Of a stretch of 64,000 bases of DNA, positions 9,140 through 20,107 are shown piece by piece. A model generated the notes under the pieces. That model worked only from the letters and a program-made list of their open reading frames with translations. It was not told the origin of the DNA and searched no databases. Position 1 is the stretch's first letter. Every line of letters starts with the position of its first letter. This DNA comes from Hyphomicrobium sp. Its GTDB lineage: Bacteria > Pseudomonadota > Alphaproteobacteria > Rhizobiales > Hyphomicrobiaceae. Made by a program: the position numbers and the translations under genes. The DNA lies in the NCBI GenBank assembly GCA_013141015.1, contig JABFRT010000008.1, forward strand, positions 8,637 through 72,636, given 5' to 3'.

Positions 9140-10492
9140 GGTCTCTATTTCACCAGTCTCCTTGTTTTTCGTGTCCTTCAAGGTGATGCCCATGCCAGCC
9201 AGTTCGTCGCGGATGCGGTCGCTTTCCTTGAAGTCCTTGGCTTTGCGCGCCGCGAGGCGGGCGGCGATCAACGGCTCGACGTGAGATGCCACTTCACCCG
9301 CTGCCGCCGCCTGCTTTTCGGCACGGGCGCGCAGCGTCGCGCCCGTGAAGCCGATAAACCGCAAGCTTGCGCCAAGCGCCGCATGGTCTCCTGCATTGCC
9401 TAGTTTATGCAGTTCGGCAATCGCCAGAGGCGTATTGAGGTCGTCGCTCAAAGCCTCAACTACAGATGCGTGAGGGGTTGCTGCACCGCCTGTTGCTATC
9501 GCACTGGCCCACCCGTCCAAAATCCGCGCGCTTTCATCGACGCTCTTTTTAGTCCAATCGATCGGCTGTCGATAATGCGTGCGCAGCATATTGAAGCGCA
9601 AGACCTCGCCGGGCCAATCCGCCAACAGCTCATTGATCGTTATAAAATTACCGAGACTCTTGCTCATCTTCTCGCCTTCGACCTGCAGGAAGCCGTTGTG
9701 CATCCAGGTCTTGGCCATGACGGGCGTGCCGTGCGCGCAGCGCGATTGCGCGATTTCGTTTTCGTGATGCGGGAAGATCAAATCCAAGCCGCCGCCGTGG
9801 ATGTCGAACACCTGCCCCAGATAACGCGCGCTCATTGCCGAGCATTCGATATGCCAGCCCGGACGGCCACGGCCCCAGGGGCTGTCCCAGCCGGGTTCCT
9901 CCGCGCTCGACAATTTCCACAGCACAAAGTCGCCGGGATTTTTCTTGTGCGCGTCGACCTCGATGCGCGCGCCCGCCTGCTGCTCATCGAGATTGCGCTT
10001 TGAGAGTTCGCCGTAGTCCGGCATGGACGCCGTATCGAACAGCACTTCGCCCGACGCCACATACGCGTGCCCGCGCGCAAGCAACGACTGGATGATCCCG
10101 ATCATCTGCGCGATGTTATCTGTGGCGCGCGGCTCAACCGTCGGCTCCAGGCAGCCGAGCGCCTTGACGTCGGCATGGAACTGATCGGCGGTCTTTTCCG
10201 TCACCCGCGCAATCGCGTCGTTCAACGGCAGACCCGGATAGTCGCGCAGGGCACGCGCGTTGATCTTGTCGTCAACGTCGGTGATGTTGCGCGCATACGT
10301 GACGTGGTCCGCCCCATAGACATGGCGCAGTAGGCGGAACAGCACGTCGAACACGATCACCGGCCGGGCATTGCCGATATGCGCAAAGTCGTAGACCGTC
10401 GGCCCGCACACGTACATCCGCACGTTGTTGGCATCGATCGGGCTGAACGGCTCTTTTTTGCGGGTCAGCGTGTTGTAGAGCGTTAACGTCAC
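9119..10492 (-). CDS. cysS: Cysteine--tRNA ligase
   Basis: 457 aa. Class I HIGH-type motif (FAHIGNARP) and KMSKS motif ([10 protein letters not shown]). Confidence 0.95.
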   Translation of the reverse strand: MTLTLYNTLTRKKEPFSPIDANNVRMYVCGPTVYDFAHIGNARPVIVFDVLFRLLRHVYGADHVTYARNITDVDDKINARALRDYPGLPLNDAIARVTEKTADQFHADVKALGCLEPTVEPRATDNIAQMIGIIQSLLARGHAYVASGEVLFDTASMPDYGELSKRNLDEQQAGARIEVDAHKKNPGDFVLWKLSSAEEPGWDSPWGRGRPGWHIECSAMSARYLGQVFDIHGGGLDLIFPHHENEIAQSRCAHGTPVMAKTWMHNGFLQVEGEKMSKSLGNFITINELLADWPGEVLRFNMLRTHYRQPIDWTKKSVDESARILDGWASAIATGGAATPHASVVEALSDDLNTPLAIAELHKLGNAGDHAALGASLRFIGFTGATLRARAEKQAAAAGEVASHVEPLIAARLAARKAKDFKESDRIRDELAGMGITLKDTKNKETGEIETTWEVAR

Positions 10493-10716
10493 TGCGATCC
10501 TCGTTCATTCGTTGTTGCCGCCAGCCTCCGGCGCCATGAGTCGCCAGTATGCCATAGCCCCGATAGGCGGGGATAACTTAGCCCGAAAATCTGCGCATCA
10601 GGCCAATCTATCGCAGCAAAGGTCTGAATAAGCTTGAAAAACCCGTTTCGTCGCAATTGCTCCGCATTGACCGCCTAATCGGTGAGCGGCTAGGGTTACG
10701 TGAGTTGCTAGGGTGA

Positions 10717-11997
10717 ATGGCAAATCAGCGGCACGCGCCGGTTATGCCAGAGTTAAGGTGCCGTGCGTGCGCTCAAGGATTCGGGAATAAAGGTTTGAAG
10801 CTGCTCCGCGTATCGTTCGAGACATTCAGGCTGGCGCGCTTGGCGGCAGTGCTCGGCGTGGTCGCGTGCACCGCCGCGCTGGCAACCGTCAGCCCGGCCT
10901 CGGCCCAAAGCTGGTGGCCGTTTGGCGGCGAGGAGGAGCGCCGCCCCGTGCCGCGCGAACCGATGAACCGGCCACAGCCGCAACAAATTCCAGCGCCCAT
11001 TCCCGGCCAACCGCCGCAAATGGCGCCTCAGGCAGCACCTCAACCGGGAGTATCCCCTGGGGCGCCGGGCGCCACCAATTGGGCGACCAAGAACCCGATC
11101 TGTTTGCAGCTTGAACAGCGGCTCGTGCAGGAAGGCCAGAAGGGCAATCAATCGCAAGCCCGCCTGCCGCAGATCGAAACTGAAATCCGCACCGTTGACC
11201 GCAACTTCAACGTCGGTGCGTCGCAACTCGACAAGACGTGCTACGAGTATTTTCTTTTCACCAAATCGTTCCGCAACACGCCGCAGTGTAAGGAACTGGC
11301 CAAGCAGGTTGACGTCGCCAAGAGGCGGCTGAGCGAGCTGGAGGCCCAGCGCCAGGAAGCGATGGGCTCTGCCGGACGCTCCTATAAAGACGACATCATC
11401 CGCGAGCTGGCGCGCAACAATTGCGGCGCGAACTATGCTGATCAGGCGCGCCGCCGCGATGGTGGTGTTTGGCAAGACGAAGAGACCGTCGGCAACTCCA
11501 CTTGGACACCGCAAGGCACGTCCGGCGTCGCAACCTACCGCACACTGTGCGTGCGCCTGTGCGACGGCTATTATTTCCCGGTCAGCTTCTCGACGCTGCC
11601 GAGCCACTTCCCGCAAGACGCCGAAGTGTGCTCATCAAAGTGCGCCGCCCCGACCGAGTTGTATTACTATCCAAACCCTGGTGGTTCGGTCGATCAATCG
11701 GTCGCGCTGAAAAGCCAGGAAAACTACACCAAGCTCAAGGTGGCGTTCCGATACCGCAAGGAATACGTCAACGGCTGTTCGTGCAAGGAAGCCGAATACG
11801 TGCCAGCCAACGGCGTCGTGCCGGACAAGAAAGCTGAGGGCGGCGCGGCGCCAGCAACACCGAAGACCTCCGCGTTCCCGCCACGCCGCGCCGACGCGGG
11901 CGGGGCCGGCGTGCCGCTGACCACGGGCTCGACCAGTGTTCCAGCAGCGCCTGCCGCGCCGGGCTCAGGCTGGGAAGCAAAAACCGAACAGCAATAA
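10717..11997 (+). CDS. DUF2865 domain-containing secreted protein
   Basis: 426 aa. Pro/Gln-rich N-half, then the Cys-rich block YRTLCVRLCDGYYFPVSFSTLPSHFPQDAEVCSSKCAAPTELYYY typical of DUF2865. The true start may lie downstream of 10717. Confidence 0.65.
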   Translation: MANQRHAPVMPELRCRACAQGFGNKGLKLLRVSFETFRLARLAAVLGVVACTAALATVSPASAQSWWPFGGEEERRPVPREPMNRPQPQQIPAPIPGQPPQMAPQAAPQPGVSPGAPGATNWATKNPICLQLEQRLVQEGQKGNQSQARLPQIETEIRTVDRNFNVGASQLDKTCYEYFLFTKSFRNTPQCKELAKQVDVAKRRLSELEAQRQEAMGSAGRSYKDDIIRELARNNCGANYADQARRRDGGVWQDEETVGNSTWTPQGTSGVATYRTLCVRLCDGYYFPVSFSTLPSHFPQDAEVCSSKCAAPTELYYYPNPGGSVDQSVALKSQENYTKLKVAFRYRKEYVNGCSCKEAEYVPANGVVPDKKAEGGAAPATPKTSAFPPRRADAGGAGVPLTTGSTSVPAAPAAPGSGWEAKTEQQ

Positions 11998-12010
11998 GCT
12001 GACCGGCTTT

Positions 12011-13381
12011 CTATCCTGCCGCGCCGCTTAAACGGGCCGATGCGCGTGCCCGGCCGATTAATGGCAGCAGCAGTTTCAATTCCGGACCGGATTCCTGCCC
12101 CGTCAGCGCCAAGCGCAACGGATGGAATAAGCTCTTGCCCTTGGCACCCGTGGCGGCTTTGACAGCGCCCGTCCACTGCCCCCAGGTCTCCACCGTCCAC
12201 GGCTCGGCCGGCAATAGTGCCAGCGCTTGATCCGTGAATCCGCGATCCTCAATCACCGGCGCAATCGTATCGTTGACCACGCGCCACCACAAATCCGCAT
12301 CGTTGAACACCACGAGGTTGCCGCGCACCGCATTCCAGAATTCAGCGCCACCTGAAATACCGCGTGCGGTCAAACGATCAGCAACGCCGGCGTAGTCCAG
12401 ATTATGCAGCAGCTTGGCGTTCAAGCCCTTCAAGTCTTCAACGTCGAAGCGGCCGGGCGCAGTTGATATCTTGCTAAGATCGAGCAGCGCCGCCAGCTCT
12501 GCAATGTGTGCGTGCGGTTCAATAGCGTCCGATGTGCCAACGAGGGCCGCGTGGCTTAGCACCGCCATCGGCTCCAGGCCATCATCGCGGAAGCTTTGCA
12601 CCGACAGCGCGCCCAGCCGCTTCGACAGCGCGTGGCCGTCGGCGCCAATCAGCAAGCTGTGATGGCCGAACGCTGGGGCGTCCGCGCCCATAGCTTCAAA
12701 GATCGCCAGCTGCACGCCGGTGTTGGTGACGTGATCTTCGCCGCGCACAATATGGGTTATCCGGAAGTCGATATCATCGACAACGCTGGTGAACGTGTAA
12801 AGATACGTCCCGTCTCCGCGAATGAGCACGGGGTCGGACAGCGAGCCCAGATCAACCGTCTGATCGCCGCGGATCAAATCGTTCCAGGAGACGATTGTCG
12901 GTTGCGGCGCAGATCCATGCGTCCCATCGGTATTGGGCAAACGGAAACGCCAGTGCGGCTTGCGGCCCTCAGCGATAAGGCGCGCGATCTCATCCGGGCC
13001 GAGCTTCAAGGCGGCGCGGTCATAAATCGGCGGGCGGTGCATGGAGAGCTGGCGCTTGCGGCGGCGGTCGAGTTCGTCTTGCGTCTCAAAGCACGGATAA
13101 AGCGCGCCCGTCGCTTTCAGCTGGCTGGCTGCTTCATCATAACGTGCGGTCCGGTCCGACTGGCGCGCCTCACTGTCCCACGTGAGTCCGAGCCAAGTCA
13201 GGTCATCGCGGATCGATTGGGCGAATTCTTCGGTCGAACGCTCGCGGTCGGTATCGTCCATGCGTAGCAGAAACGAGCCACCGTGTTTGCGGGCATACAG
13301 CCAATTCAGCGTCGCCGTACGGATATTGCCGATGTGGATACGCCCTGTCGGGCTAGGTGCGAAACGGACGCGCGGGGTCAT
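12011..13381 (-). CDS. gltX: Glutamate--tRNA ligase
   Basis: Track ORF 12011..13468. The likely start is M30 (13381), giving MTPRVRFAPSPTGRIHIGNIRTA (HIGH-type motif). Length is typical of GltX. Confidence 0.9.
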   Translation of the reverse strand: MTPRVRFAPSPTGRIHIGNIRTATLNWLYARKHGGSFLLRMDDTDRERSTEEFAQSIRDDLTWLGLTWDSEARQSDRTARYDEAASQLKATGALYPCFETQDELDRRRKRQLSMHRPPIYDRAALKLGPDEIARLIAEGRKPHWRFRLPNTDGTHGSAPQPTIVSWNDLIRGDQTVDLGSLSDPVLIRGDGTYLYTFTSVVDDIDFRITHIVRGEDHVTNTGVQLAIFEAMGADAPAFGHHSLLIGADGHALSKRLGALSVQSFRDDGLEPMAVLSHAALVGTSDAIEPHAHIAELAALLDLSKISTAPGRFDVEDLKGLNAKLLHNLDYAGVADRLTARGISGGAEFWNAVRGNLVVFNDADLWWRVVNDTIAPVIEDRGFTDQALALLPAEPWTVETWGQWTGAVKAATGAKGKSLFHPLRLALTGQESGPELKLLLPLIGRARASARLSGAAG

Positions 13382-13486
13382 TGAGGGCTCATGGGCAAGG
13401 CGCGGCACGGACGCCGCAGGATGGTAGTCACCGGAATCTGGCGGCACCCTAACCTGCTCACCGGCCAAGGCAAGGGCAGCCTGCAG

Positions 13487-13921
13487 TCACGCCTTCACGC
13501 CCGCGCCGGCAAGCGCCGCCAGCAGAGCTTCAACTTCACGGATATTGGCACTGGCGAATGTCACAAGCCCTTGCGACCCAGTGGCGATTTTGACTTCAAA
13601 AAAGCGCTGCGTGCGGATTTTGGTGGTCTCAAACAGTCCTGCCAGCCCGAGCCCCGACAGGAACACGGTGCCGAGCAGAAAACGGTCGCGCCAGCCGTTC
13701 TCAAACACAATGAAGGCCAAGAACATCGCCACAATCAGAAATATCGCAGCTCCGGCCAGTAACCCCTGCACCGGGCGCTCGCGCACTTCTTCGGCTGTGA
13801 TGGTTTGAATGTCGTCAAGTGCAATGCGCTTAGACCCGATCCACAAAATTCGCTGATCCGGCGCAACCTGCTTCAGGCCCCAGCGCGGCGGCAGATCGCC
13901 ATCAATCATTGCGTTGGCCAT
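13487..13921 (-). CDS. Hypothetical membrane protein
   Basis: 144-aa ORF with two central hydrophobic helices (LLAGAAIFLIVAMFLAFIVF, FLLGTVFLSGLGLAGLF). No family recognised. Confidence 0.5.
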   Translation of the reverse strand: MANAMIDGDLPPRWGLKQVAPDQRILWIGSKRIALDDIQTITAEEVRERPVQGLLAGAAIFLIVAMFLAFIVFENGWRDRFLLGTVFLSGLGLAGLFETTKIRTQRFFEVKIATGSQGLVTFASANIREVEALLAALAGAGVKA

Positions 13922-13987
13922 GTCCGCTCCCGTGGGTCTTCGTCACGAGTTGTGGCACAAACCGGTTTGCAATCCCCTAACGCTGCA

Positions 13988-15745
13988 TTAAATGGCGCCG
14001 TCGCCACCGTCGGAAACGGGCGCGCGGACGTGCTTTTTCTTGTTCCCAGGAGCCGCCTCAGGCACCGCCGCGATATCCTCACGGAATTTATTCGTAATCG
14101 GGTAACGGCGGTCGCGGCCGAAGTTTTTGGCGGAAATCTTGACGCCGGGTGCCGCTTGCCGCCGCTTGTACTCAGCGAGATACAGCAGCCGTTCGATCTT
14201 CTTGACCGTCTCGCCTGCGTGCCCGCGCGCGATGATATCGACGAGCGGCATTTCCTTTTCGACAATGCAGCGCAGAATATCGTCGAGCGCCTCATAGGGC
14301 GGCAAGCTATCCTGGTCGGTCTGATTGGCTTTCAGTTCTGCTGTCGGCGCTTTGGTCAAAATCCGCTTCGGGATTACTTCGCCCTTGGGGCCTAGTCCAT
14401 CCGCGGGGACGTTGCCATTGCGCCAATCGGAAAGCGCATAGACCTCCATCTTGTAGAGATCCTTGATCGGATTAAAGCCGCCATTCATATCGCCATACAG
14501 CGTCGCGTATCCGACCGACATTTCGCTCTTGTTGCCGGTCGTTAAAACCATCGATCCGAATTTGTTGGAGATCGCCATCAGGATCGTACCGCGCACCCGG
14601 CTTTGAAGATTTTCTTCGGTGATGCCGGGTTCAGTGCCCGCAAACATATCCTTGAGGCCCCATGTAATGCCGGCGACAGCGGGTTCAATCGAAACTTTGT
14701 CGTAGCGGATGCCGAGAGCCTTGGCGCAAGCCTGCGCGTCGATCAGGCTTTCGTCCGACGTGAATTTCGACGGCAGCATAACGGCGTGAACTTTTGCAGC
14801 ACCCAGCGCATCGACCGCCATGGCGGCAACCAGAGCTGAATCGATACCACCCGACAGTCCGAGCACAACGCCAGGAAATCCGTTCTTCGTCACATAGTCC
14901 TTGAGACCGAGCACGCATGCGGCATAGGCGGCGGCACTGCCGTCTTCGATTGGTGCGGCGCTCGTCTTGGCGCAGCGCCATCCCCCGTCGCCCTTCGACC
15001 ATTCAGTGATGACGAGTGCTTCGCGCCAGGCGGGGAGTTGCGCGGCCAAACTGCAGTCCGCATTCAAAACAAATGACGCGCCGTCGAATACCAATTCATC
15101 CTGGCCACCAACTTGATTGACGTAAATAAGCGGCAAGCGGCTTTCGGTGACGCGCGCAACCGCGACGTTCATACGCAAATCAGGCTTTGGCCAATCGAAC
15201 GGCGAACCGTTGGGCGAGATCAATATTTCAGCGCCCGTCTCGGCCAGCGTTTCGACAACCTCTTCACCCCAGATGTCTTCGCAAACCGGCACGCCGACGC
15301 GCACGCCGCGAATATTCATTGGCCCCGGCATAGGTCCCGCCGCGAACACCCGCTTTTCGTCGAACACGCCGTAGTTCGGCAGATCGACCTTGAGGCGCAC
15401 GCCAGCGATTTCACCGCCGTCCAACAGCGCGACCGCGTTGTAGAGCAACCCATCCTCACGCCAGATCGTGCCGATCAGGATGGCCGGGCCGTCCTTGCAA
15501 TCAGCGGCAAGCGCTTCCAGGTGCCGACGGGTTGCGTCCTGGAACGCTGGCTTCAACACCAAATCTTCCGGCGGATAGCCATTGAGGAACAGCTCCGGAT
15601 AGACGATCAGATCGGCGCCCTTGGCCTTCGCTTCAGCGTGGGCCGCGCGCGCCTTCTTCGCATTGCCCGCGAGATCGCCGACGACCGGGTTCAATTGCGC
15701 AAGCGCGATGCGAAATAGCGCTGCCGGCTTTGCCGCTTTAGTCAT
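13988..15745 (-). CDS. nadE: Glutamine-dependent NAD+ synthase
   Basis: 585 aa. N-terminal carbon-nitrogen hydrolase domain and C-terminal synthetase domain with the SGGxDS loop (GLSGGIDSALVAAMAV). Confidence 0.9.
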   Translation of the reverse strand: MTKAAKPAALFRIALAQLNPVVGDLAGNAKKARAAHAEAKAKGADLIVYPELFLNGYPPEDLVLKPAFQDATRRHLEALAADCKDGPAILIGTIWREDGLLYNAVALLDGGEIAGVRLKVDLPNYGVFDEKRVFAAGPMPGPMNIRGVRVGVPVCEDIWGEEVVETLAETGAEILISPNGSPFDWPKPDLRMNVAVARVTESRLPLIYVNQVGGQDELVFDGASFVLNADCSLAAQLPAWREALVITEWSKGDGGWRCAKTSAAPIEDGSAAAYAACVLGLKDYVTKNGFPGVVLGLSGGIDSALVAAMAVDALGAAKVHAVMLPSKFTSDESLIDAQACAKALGIRYDKVSIEPAVAGITWGLKDMFAGTEPGITEENLQSRVRGTILMAISNKFGSMVLTTGNKSEMSVGYATLYGDMNGGFNPIKDLYKMEVYALSDWRNGNVPADGLGPKGEVIPKRILTKAPTAELKANQTDQDSLPPYEALDDILRCIVEKEMPLVDIIARGHAGETVKKIERLLYLAEYKRRQAAPGVKISAKNFGRDRRYPITNKFREDIAAVPEAAPGNKKKHVRAPVSDGGDGAI

Positions 15746-15752
15746 TGCGCTC

Positions 15753-16279
15753 TCAATCCAACTGTTTGCCTGACGCCGTGCCGAAAGACTTGAGGGCGTC
15801 GATCACGTCGTCGAAGGATGCATCAAGCCCTGCCACGTTCAGTGGATGGCCCTGAAAGCCAATCGCTGAATTCAGCGGCTTGAAAAACGAGGCCGCGCGG
15901 GTCGTCTTCATGGTCTTTTCGAATGCGGGATCGAGTTGCAGCATCAGAAACTTCTGGCGATGCATTTCCCGGATCTCAATGTCGAGGATCGCTGGCCACG
16001 GAATAACCTTCTCTGACAGCCGGCTATCTGTGATGCCCTCGGCCGAAATCGCGACAACCGGTTGGCGGTTGAACATCTGCCGGACGGCGTAAAGGCTATC
16101 CCGCCAAAGAACACGACGCCGAAGGCCACAACAGCTTGCGTGAAGCTGCCGTGGGCCACCTCACCCGAGGCTATCAGCCAAGCTGAAACCGCTGCAAACG
16201 CAAACCCGCCGAGTGCATAGCCGACGAGTTTACCGCGCGCATACCTCAGCACCAGCGGATCGTGGATCGCGTTGCCCAT
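15753..16279 (-). pseudogene. Membrane-anchored PH-like (STM3941-like) protein split by an apparent frameshift
   Basis: ORF 15944..16279 encodes two TM helices and then goes out of frame. ORF 15753..16076 (MFNRQPVVAISAEGITDSRL...) is open well upstream of its ATG in a second frame. The two frames overlap around 16077-16110. Confidence 0.45.
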
Positions 16280-16303
16280 GCGGGTCCGCCTTCTGTCCGG
16301 CGG

Positions 16304-17722
16304 TTACGCAATCAGCGTCTTCGGTTCGGCCTTGCCGTCCGCGAGCCGCTCTTTCTTCAGCTGCTCGGCCACCAGGAACGCGAGTTCCAAGGCTTGGTCT
16401 GCATTGAGGCGCGGATCGCAGTGCGTGTGATAGCGGTCGGACAAATCCTGATCCGAGATCGCGGTGGCGCCGCCCGTGCATTCGGTCACGTTCTGGCCGG
16501 TCATTTCGATGTGGATGCCGCCCGCGTGCGTGCCTTCCGCCCGGTGAATTTCGAAGAACGACAGCGATTCTTTCAAGATCCGGTCAAAGGGCCGCGTCTT
16601 GTATCCGGTCACAGCCGAGATCGTATTGCCGTGCATCGGATCGCATGACCACAACACGTTGCGCCCGGCTTTCTTCACGGCGCGGATCAGCTTCGGCAGA
16701 TGCTGCTCAACCTTGTCGTAGCCAAAGCGGCAGATCAACGTCATGCGGCCGCCTTCGTCCTTCGGGTTCAGGATATCGAGCAAACGCAGCAGGCCGTCGG
16801 CGTCCATCGACGGGCCGCACTTCATGCCGATTGGATTTCTAATACCCCGGCAGAACTCGACGTGGGCGTGATCGGGCTGGCGGGTCCGGTCGCCGATCCA
16901 GATCATGTGGCCGCTGGTGGCGTAGTATTCGCCGCTGGTGGAATCGCGCCGCGTCAACGCCTGCTCATAGCCAAGCAGCAGCGCTTCGTGGCTGGTGTAG
17001 AAGCTGGTCGTGCGCAGCTGCGGGGTGTTGTCGGAGGTAATTCCGCAGGCGCGCATGAAACCCATTGTCTCTTCAATGCGGGTTGCCAGTTCCTGGTAGC
17101 GGTGGCCCTGCGGTGAATCGGCGACGAAGCCGAGCGTCCACTGATGCACGCGTTCAAGATCAGCGTATCCGCCGGTCGCGAAGGCGCGGATCAGGTTGAG
17201 CGTTGCCGCCGACTGACGATAGGCTTCAAGCTGGCGGTGCGGATCAGGGATGCGCGCTTCGCTGGTGAACTCCGGCCCGTTGATGATGTCGCCGCGATAG
17301 CTCGGCAGTTCGACACCGTCCTTTTTCTCGGTCGGCGACGAGCGCGGCTTGGCGAACTGGCCGGCGATGCGGCCGACCTTGGTGACGGGTTGGCCACCGG
17401 CATAGGTCAGCACGACGGCCATTTGCAGGAAGACGCGGAAGAAGTCGCGGATGTTGTCGGCGCGGTGCTCAAGGAAACTTTCGGCACAGTCGCCGCCCTG
17501 CAGCAGGAAGCCGTTGCCAGCTGCAATGCCAGCCAGCGATTTCTTCAAATCGCGCGCTTCACCAGCAAACACCAGCGGCGGGAAGGTTGCGAGTTTGGTC
17601 TCAACGTCTTTCAGCGCCGCCTGATCAGGGTAGTCCGGCACCTGTAGAATCGGCATTTGCCGCCAGCTGTCGGGCGCCCAAGTGGCAGCGGATGATTTGC
17701 CTGAAGTCTGCGGGGCGGCCAT
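16304..17722 (-). CDS. Class II (plant-like) 3-deoxy-7-phosphoheptulonate (DAHP) synthase
   Basis: Track ORF runs to 17776; the likely start is M19 (17722). [11 protein letters not shown] and the overall ~470-aa layout are typical of class II DAHP synthases. Confidence 0.85.
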   Translation of the reverse strand: MAAPQTSGKSSAATWAPDSWRQMPILQVPDYPDQAALKDVETKLATFPPLVFAGEARDLKKSLAGIAAGNGFLLQGGDCAESFLEHRADNIRDFFRVFLQMAVVLTYAGGQPVTKVGRIAGQFAKPRSSPTEKKDGVELPSYRGDIINGPEFTSEARIPDPHRQLEAYRQSAATLNLIRAFATGGYADLERVHQWTLGFVADSPQGHRYQELATRIEETMGFMRACGITSDNTPQLRTTSFYTSHEALLLGYEQALTRRDSTSGEYYATSGHMIWIGDRTRQPDHAHVEFCRGIRNPIGMKCGPSMDADGLLRLLDILNPKDEGGRMTLICRFGYDKVEQHLPKLIRAVKKAGRNVLWSCDPMHGNTISAVTGYKTRPFDRILKESLSFFEIHRAEGTHAGGIHIEMTGQNVTECTGGATAISDQDLSDRYHTHCDPRLNADQALELAFLVAEQLKKERLADGKAEPKTLIA

Positions 17723-17877
17723 TTCAACAACTCCATCAAGAAACGCAAAGGACGCGGCGGTGGCCCAAAGGCGCAACGCCCGTCCCGTTAGTTTATCCTA
17801 TTTATGGCCGGGGCTTATAGGGGAAATGACGGGCAGACGCCAGCGTTTCGGCCAATCCCTTGCTGCCAAGCTGCGGC

Positions 17878-18633
17878 CTAAAGCCCAGCCGACATGCCGC
17901 CATCGACGGCGAGTTCGGAGCCCGTGCAGTACAGGCTGTCGTCGGACGCGAAAAACACCGCCGCACCGGTCATTTCCTCGGGCGTGCCGAGGCGCCCCAT
18001 CGGTGTCTTGTCGATGAGTGCCTTGCGGACCGGCGGCAGTTTCAAAAGCCGGTCGGTGATCGCGGTCTCGACGTAGCCGGGCGCGATGGCGTTGACGCGG
18101 ATGTTGAACGGGGCGTACTCGACGGCGAGGCCCTTGGTTAACGCCGTTACCGCCCCCTTGGTCGCCGTGTAGGCAGCCAGCGGGCGCAAGCCGCGGTTGG
18201 CCATAATCGAGGAAATATTGATGATCGACGCGCTCTTCGATTTACGCAGCAGCGGCAAGCAATCGCGCGACAGGCGCAACACGCCATCGATGTTGACTTC
18301 GCGCAGCTTGGTCCAATCCTCGTCCGACAGCGAGCGGACTTCACCGCGGATCAAAATGCCAGCGTTGTTGACAAGAATATCGGCGTAGCTATGCGCACTT
18401 GTGACGTTGCGGACCAGCGCCGTCAGATCCTGGCCCTTCGACACGTCCACGCGCATAGCGGTTGCCTGCCCGCCGCTGGCTTTGATTGCAGCAACTGTTT
18501 CTTCCGCCGTCTCGTTGTTGATGTCGGTGACCCAGACGTGGGCGCCTTCCTTGGCGAAGCGCTTGGCGATGGCCTGGCCAATGCCGATGCCGGCGCCCGT
18601 GACAATCGCGATTTTTCCGCTGAGACGTGGCAT
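17878..18633 (-). CDS. SDR family oxidoreductase
   Basis: Track ORF runs to 18690; the likely start is M20. It gives KIAIVTGAGIGIGQAIA (TGxxxGxG), NNAG, and a catalytic Y..K (YTATK). Confidence 0.8.
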   Translation of the reverse strand: MPRLSGKIAIVTGAGIGIGQAIAKRFAKEGAHVWVTDINNETAEETVAAIKASGGQATAMRVDVSKGQDLTALVRNVTSAHSYADILVNNAGILIRGEVRSLSDEDWTKLREVNIDGVLRLSRDCLPLLRKSKSASIINISSIMANRGLRPLAAYTATKGAVTALTKGLAVEYAPFNIRVNAIAPGYVETAITDRLLKLPPVRKALIDKTPMGRLGTPEEMTGAAVFFASDDSLYCTGSELAVDGGMSAGL

Positions 18634-18708
18634 GTGGGCCCTCGTGAGATTTGAGCCGCCAGACATAGCCGCTGCCGGTAACTCGATCAACGCGACACCC
18701 TCACGTCA

Positions 18709-20082
18709 TCACACCACGGGCGGCACCCATTTGTCGCGGAGCGTAACCAGTTCTTCCGCCGCGCTCGGGTGCAGCGCCATGGTCTGGTCGAAGTCTGCCT
18801 TGGTCGCCTTCAAGCGCAGGGCAATTGCCGCCATCTGCACGATTTCCCCGGCATCGGGTCCCAGAATGTGAACGCCGAGCACCACGCCGCTCTTGGCATC
18901 GACAACCAGCTTCATATGGGTGCGTTCGTCGCGACCGGCCAGGATAACACGCATCGGGCGGAACGCGGTTTTGTAGACGTCGAGGGTGTGACCCTGCGCG
19001 CGGGCTTGCGTTTCGCTCAATCCCACCGTGCCGATTTCCGGCGTTGAGAACACGGCGGTTGGAATGGTCTCGTATCCGGTCGACCACGGCGTGTTGCCAA
19101 ACACGCTATCAGCAAAGGCGTGGCCCTCGCGGATCGCAACCGGGGTCAGGTTCACGCGGTTGGTGACATCGCCGACCGCATAGATACTGGCAACATTCGT
19201 TCGGCTTGCGGCGTCAACGATGATCTCACCGGCCATGCCTGCGGCGACACCGGCATCAGCCAACCCGAGCCCGCTGGTGTTGGGGGAGCGGCCGATCGCG
19301 AACATGATCTGATCGGCCTCTAACACCTCGCCGCTTTTCAGGGAACCGCGCAGGACGCCGCTTTCTTTGTCGATGCTCGCGAACACATCGTTTGTTATGA
19401 TGTGTATGCCGCGCGCCGTCATGGCAGCCGTCAGCCCGTCCCGCAGGTCTTCATCAAAGCCGCGCAGGATTTTTTCACCCCGATAGAGCAGCGTGACCTC
19501 GGAACCGAGCCCGTTGAAGATGGACGCAAACTCGACCGCGATATAACCGCCGCCGGCAATCACGATCCGTGCCGGCAGTTCCTTGAGATCGAACGCCTCG
19601 TTAGAGGTTATGACGTGCTCGATGCCGGGAAGATGAGCGTCGAGATTTGGCCTCGCACCCGTCGCAACCAGGATTTTTGCGGCGGTGACGCTTTTGCCGG
19701 ACGCGGAAAGCCGCACTGCGTTCGGGCCGGTCAGGATTGCACGCTCTCGGAAAATCTCAACACCAGCCCGCGCAAGCGTTCCGCGATAGAGCCCCTCCAG
19801 CCTGGCAATTTCTTTGTCCTTCGCCGCTACCAACGATGGCCAATCGAAATCGGGGTCGTCGAACGACCAGCCGAAGCCGCGCGCATCGTTGAAATCGTCG
19901 GCAAAGCGGCTGGCATAGACCAGCAGTTTTTTCGGCACGCACCCGCGGATCACGCACGTGCCGCCAAAGCGGAATTCTTCGGCAATCGCCACGCGCGCAC
20001 CGTGGGCGGCAGCAATGCGCGCTGCACGCACGCCGCCCGAGCCCGCGCCAATGACAAACAGGTCAAAGTCGAATTGAGACAT
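18709..20082 (-). CDS. gor: Glutathione-disulfide reductase
   Basis: 457 aa. FDLFVIGAGSGG FAD motif and redox-active GGTCVIRGCVPKK. Confidence 0.85.
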   Translation of the reverse strand: MSQFDFDLFVIGAGSGGVRAARIAAAHGARVAIAEEFRFGGTCVIRGCVPKKLLVYASRFADDFNDARGFGWSFDDPDFDWPSLVAAKDKEIARLEGLYRGTLARAGVEIFRERAILTGPNAVRLSASGKSVTAAKILVATGARPNLDAHLPGIEHVITSNEAFDLKELPARIVIAGGGYIAVEFASIFNGLGSEVTLLYRGEKILRGFDEDLRDGLTAAMTARGIHIITNDVFASIDKESGVLRGSLKSGEVLEADQIMFAIGRSPNTSGLGLADAGVAAGMAGEIIVDAASRTNVASIYAVGDVTNRVNLTPVAIREGHAFADSVFGNTPWSTGYETIPTAVFSTPEIGTVGLSETQARAQGHTLDVYKTAFRPMRVILAGRDERTHMKLVVDAKSGVVLGVHILGPDAGEIVQMAAIALRLKATKADFDQTMALHPSAAEELVTLRDKWVPPVV

Positions 20083-20107
20083 CTGATTACCGGATGCTCG
20101 CCACCGT

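Noticed and set aside
8138-9403. 421-aa ORF on the plus strand spanning the GNAT gene, ORF130, the repeats and the cysS 3' end
   Set aside because: It runs antisense through three well-supported minus-strand genes and straight through the tandem repeat. The repeated peptide segments simply mirror the DNA duplication.
10753-11616. 287-aa ORF on the minus strand
   Set aside because: It is antisense to the DUF2865 gene, which carries the family's distinctive Cys-rich block. The antisense product is Arg/Ala-rich with no motifs.
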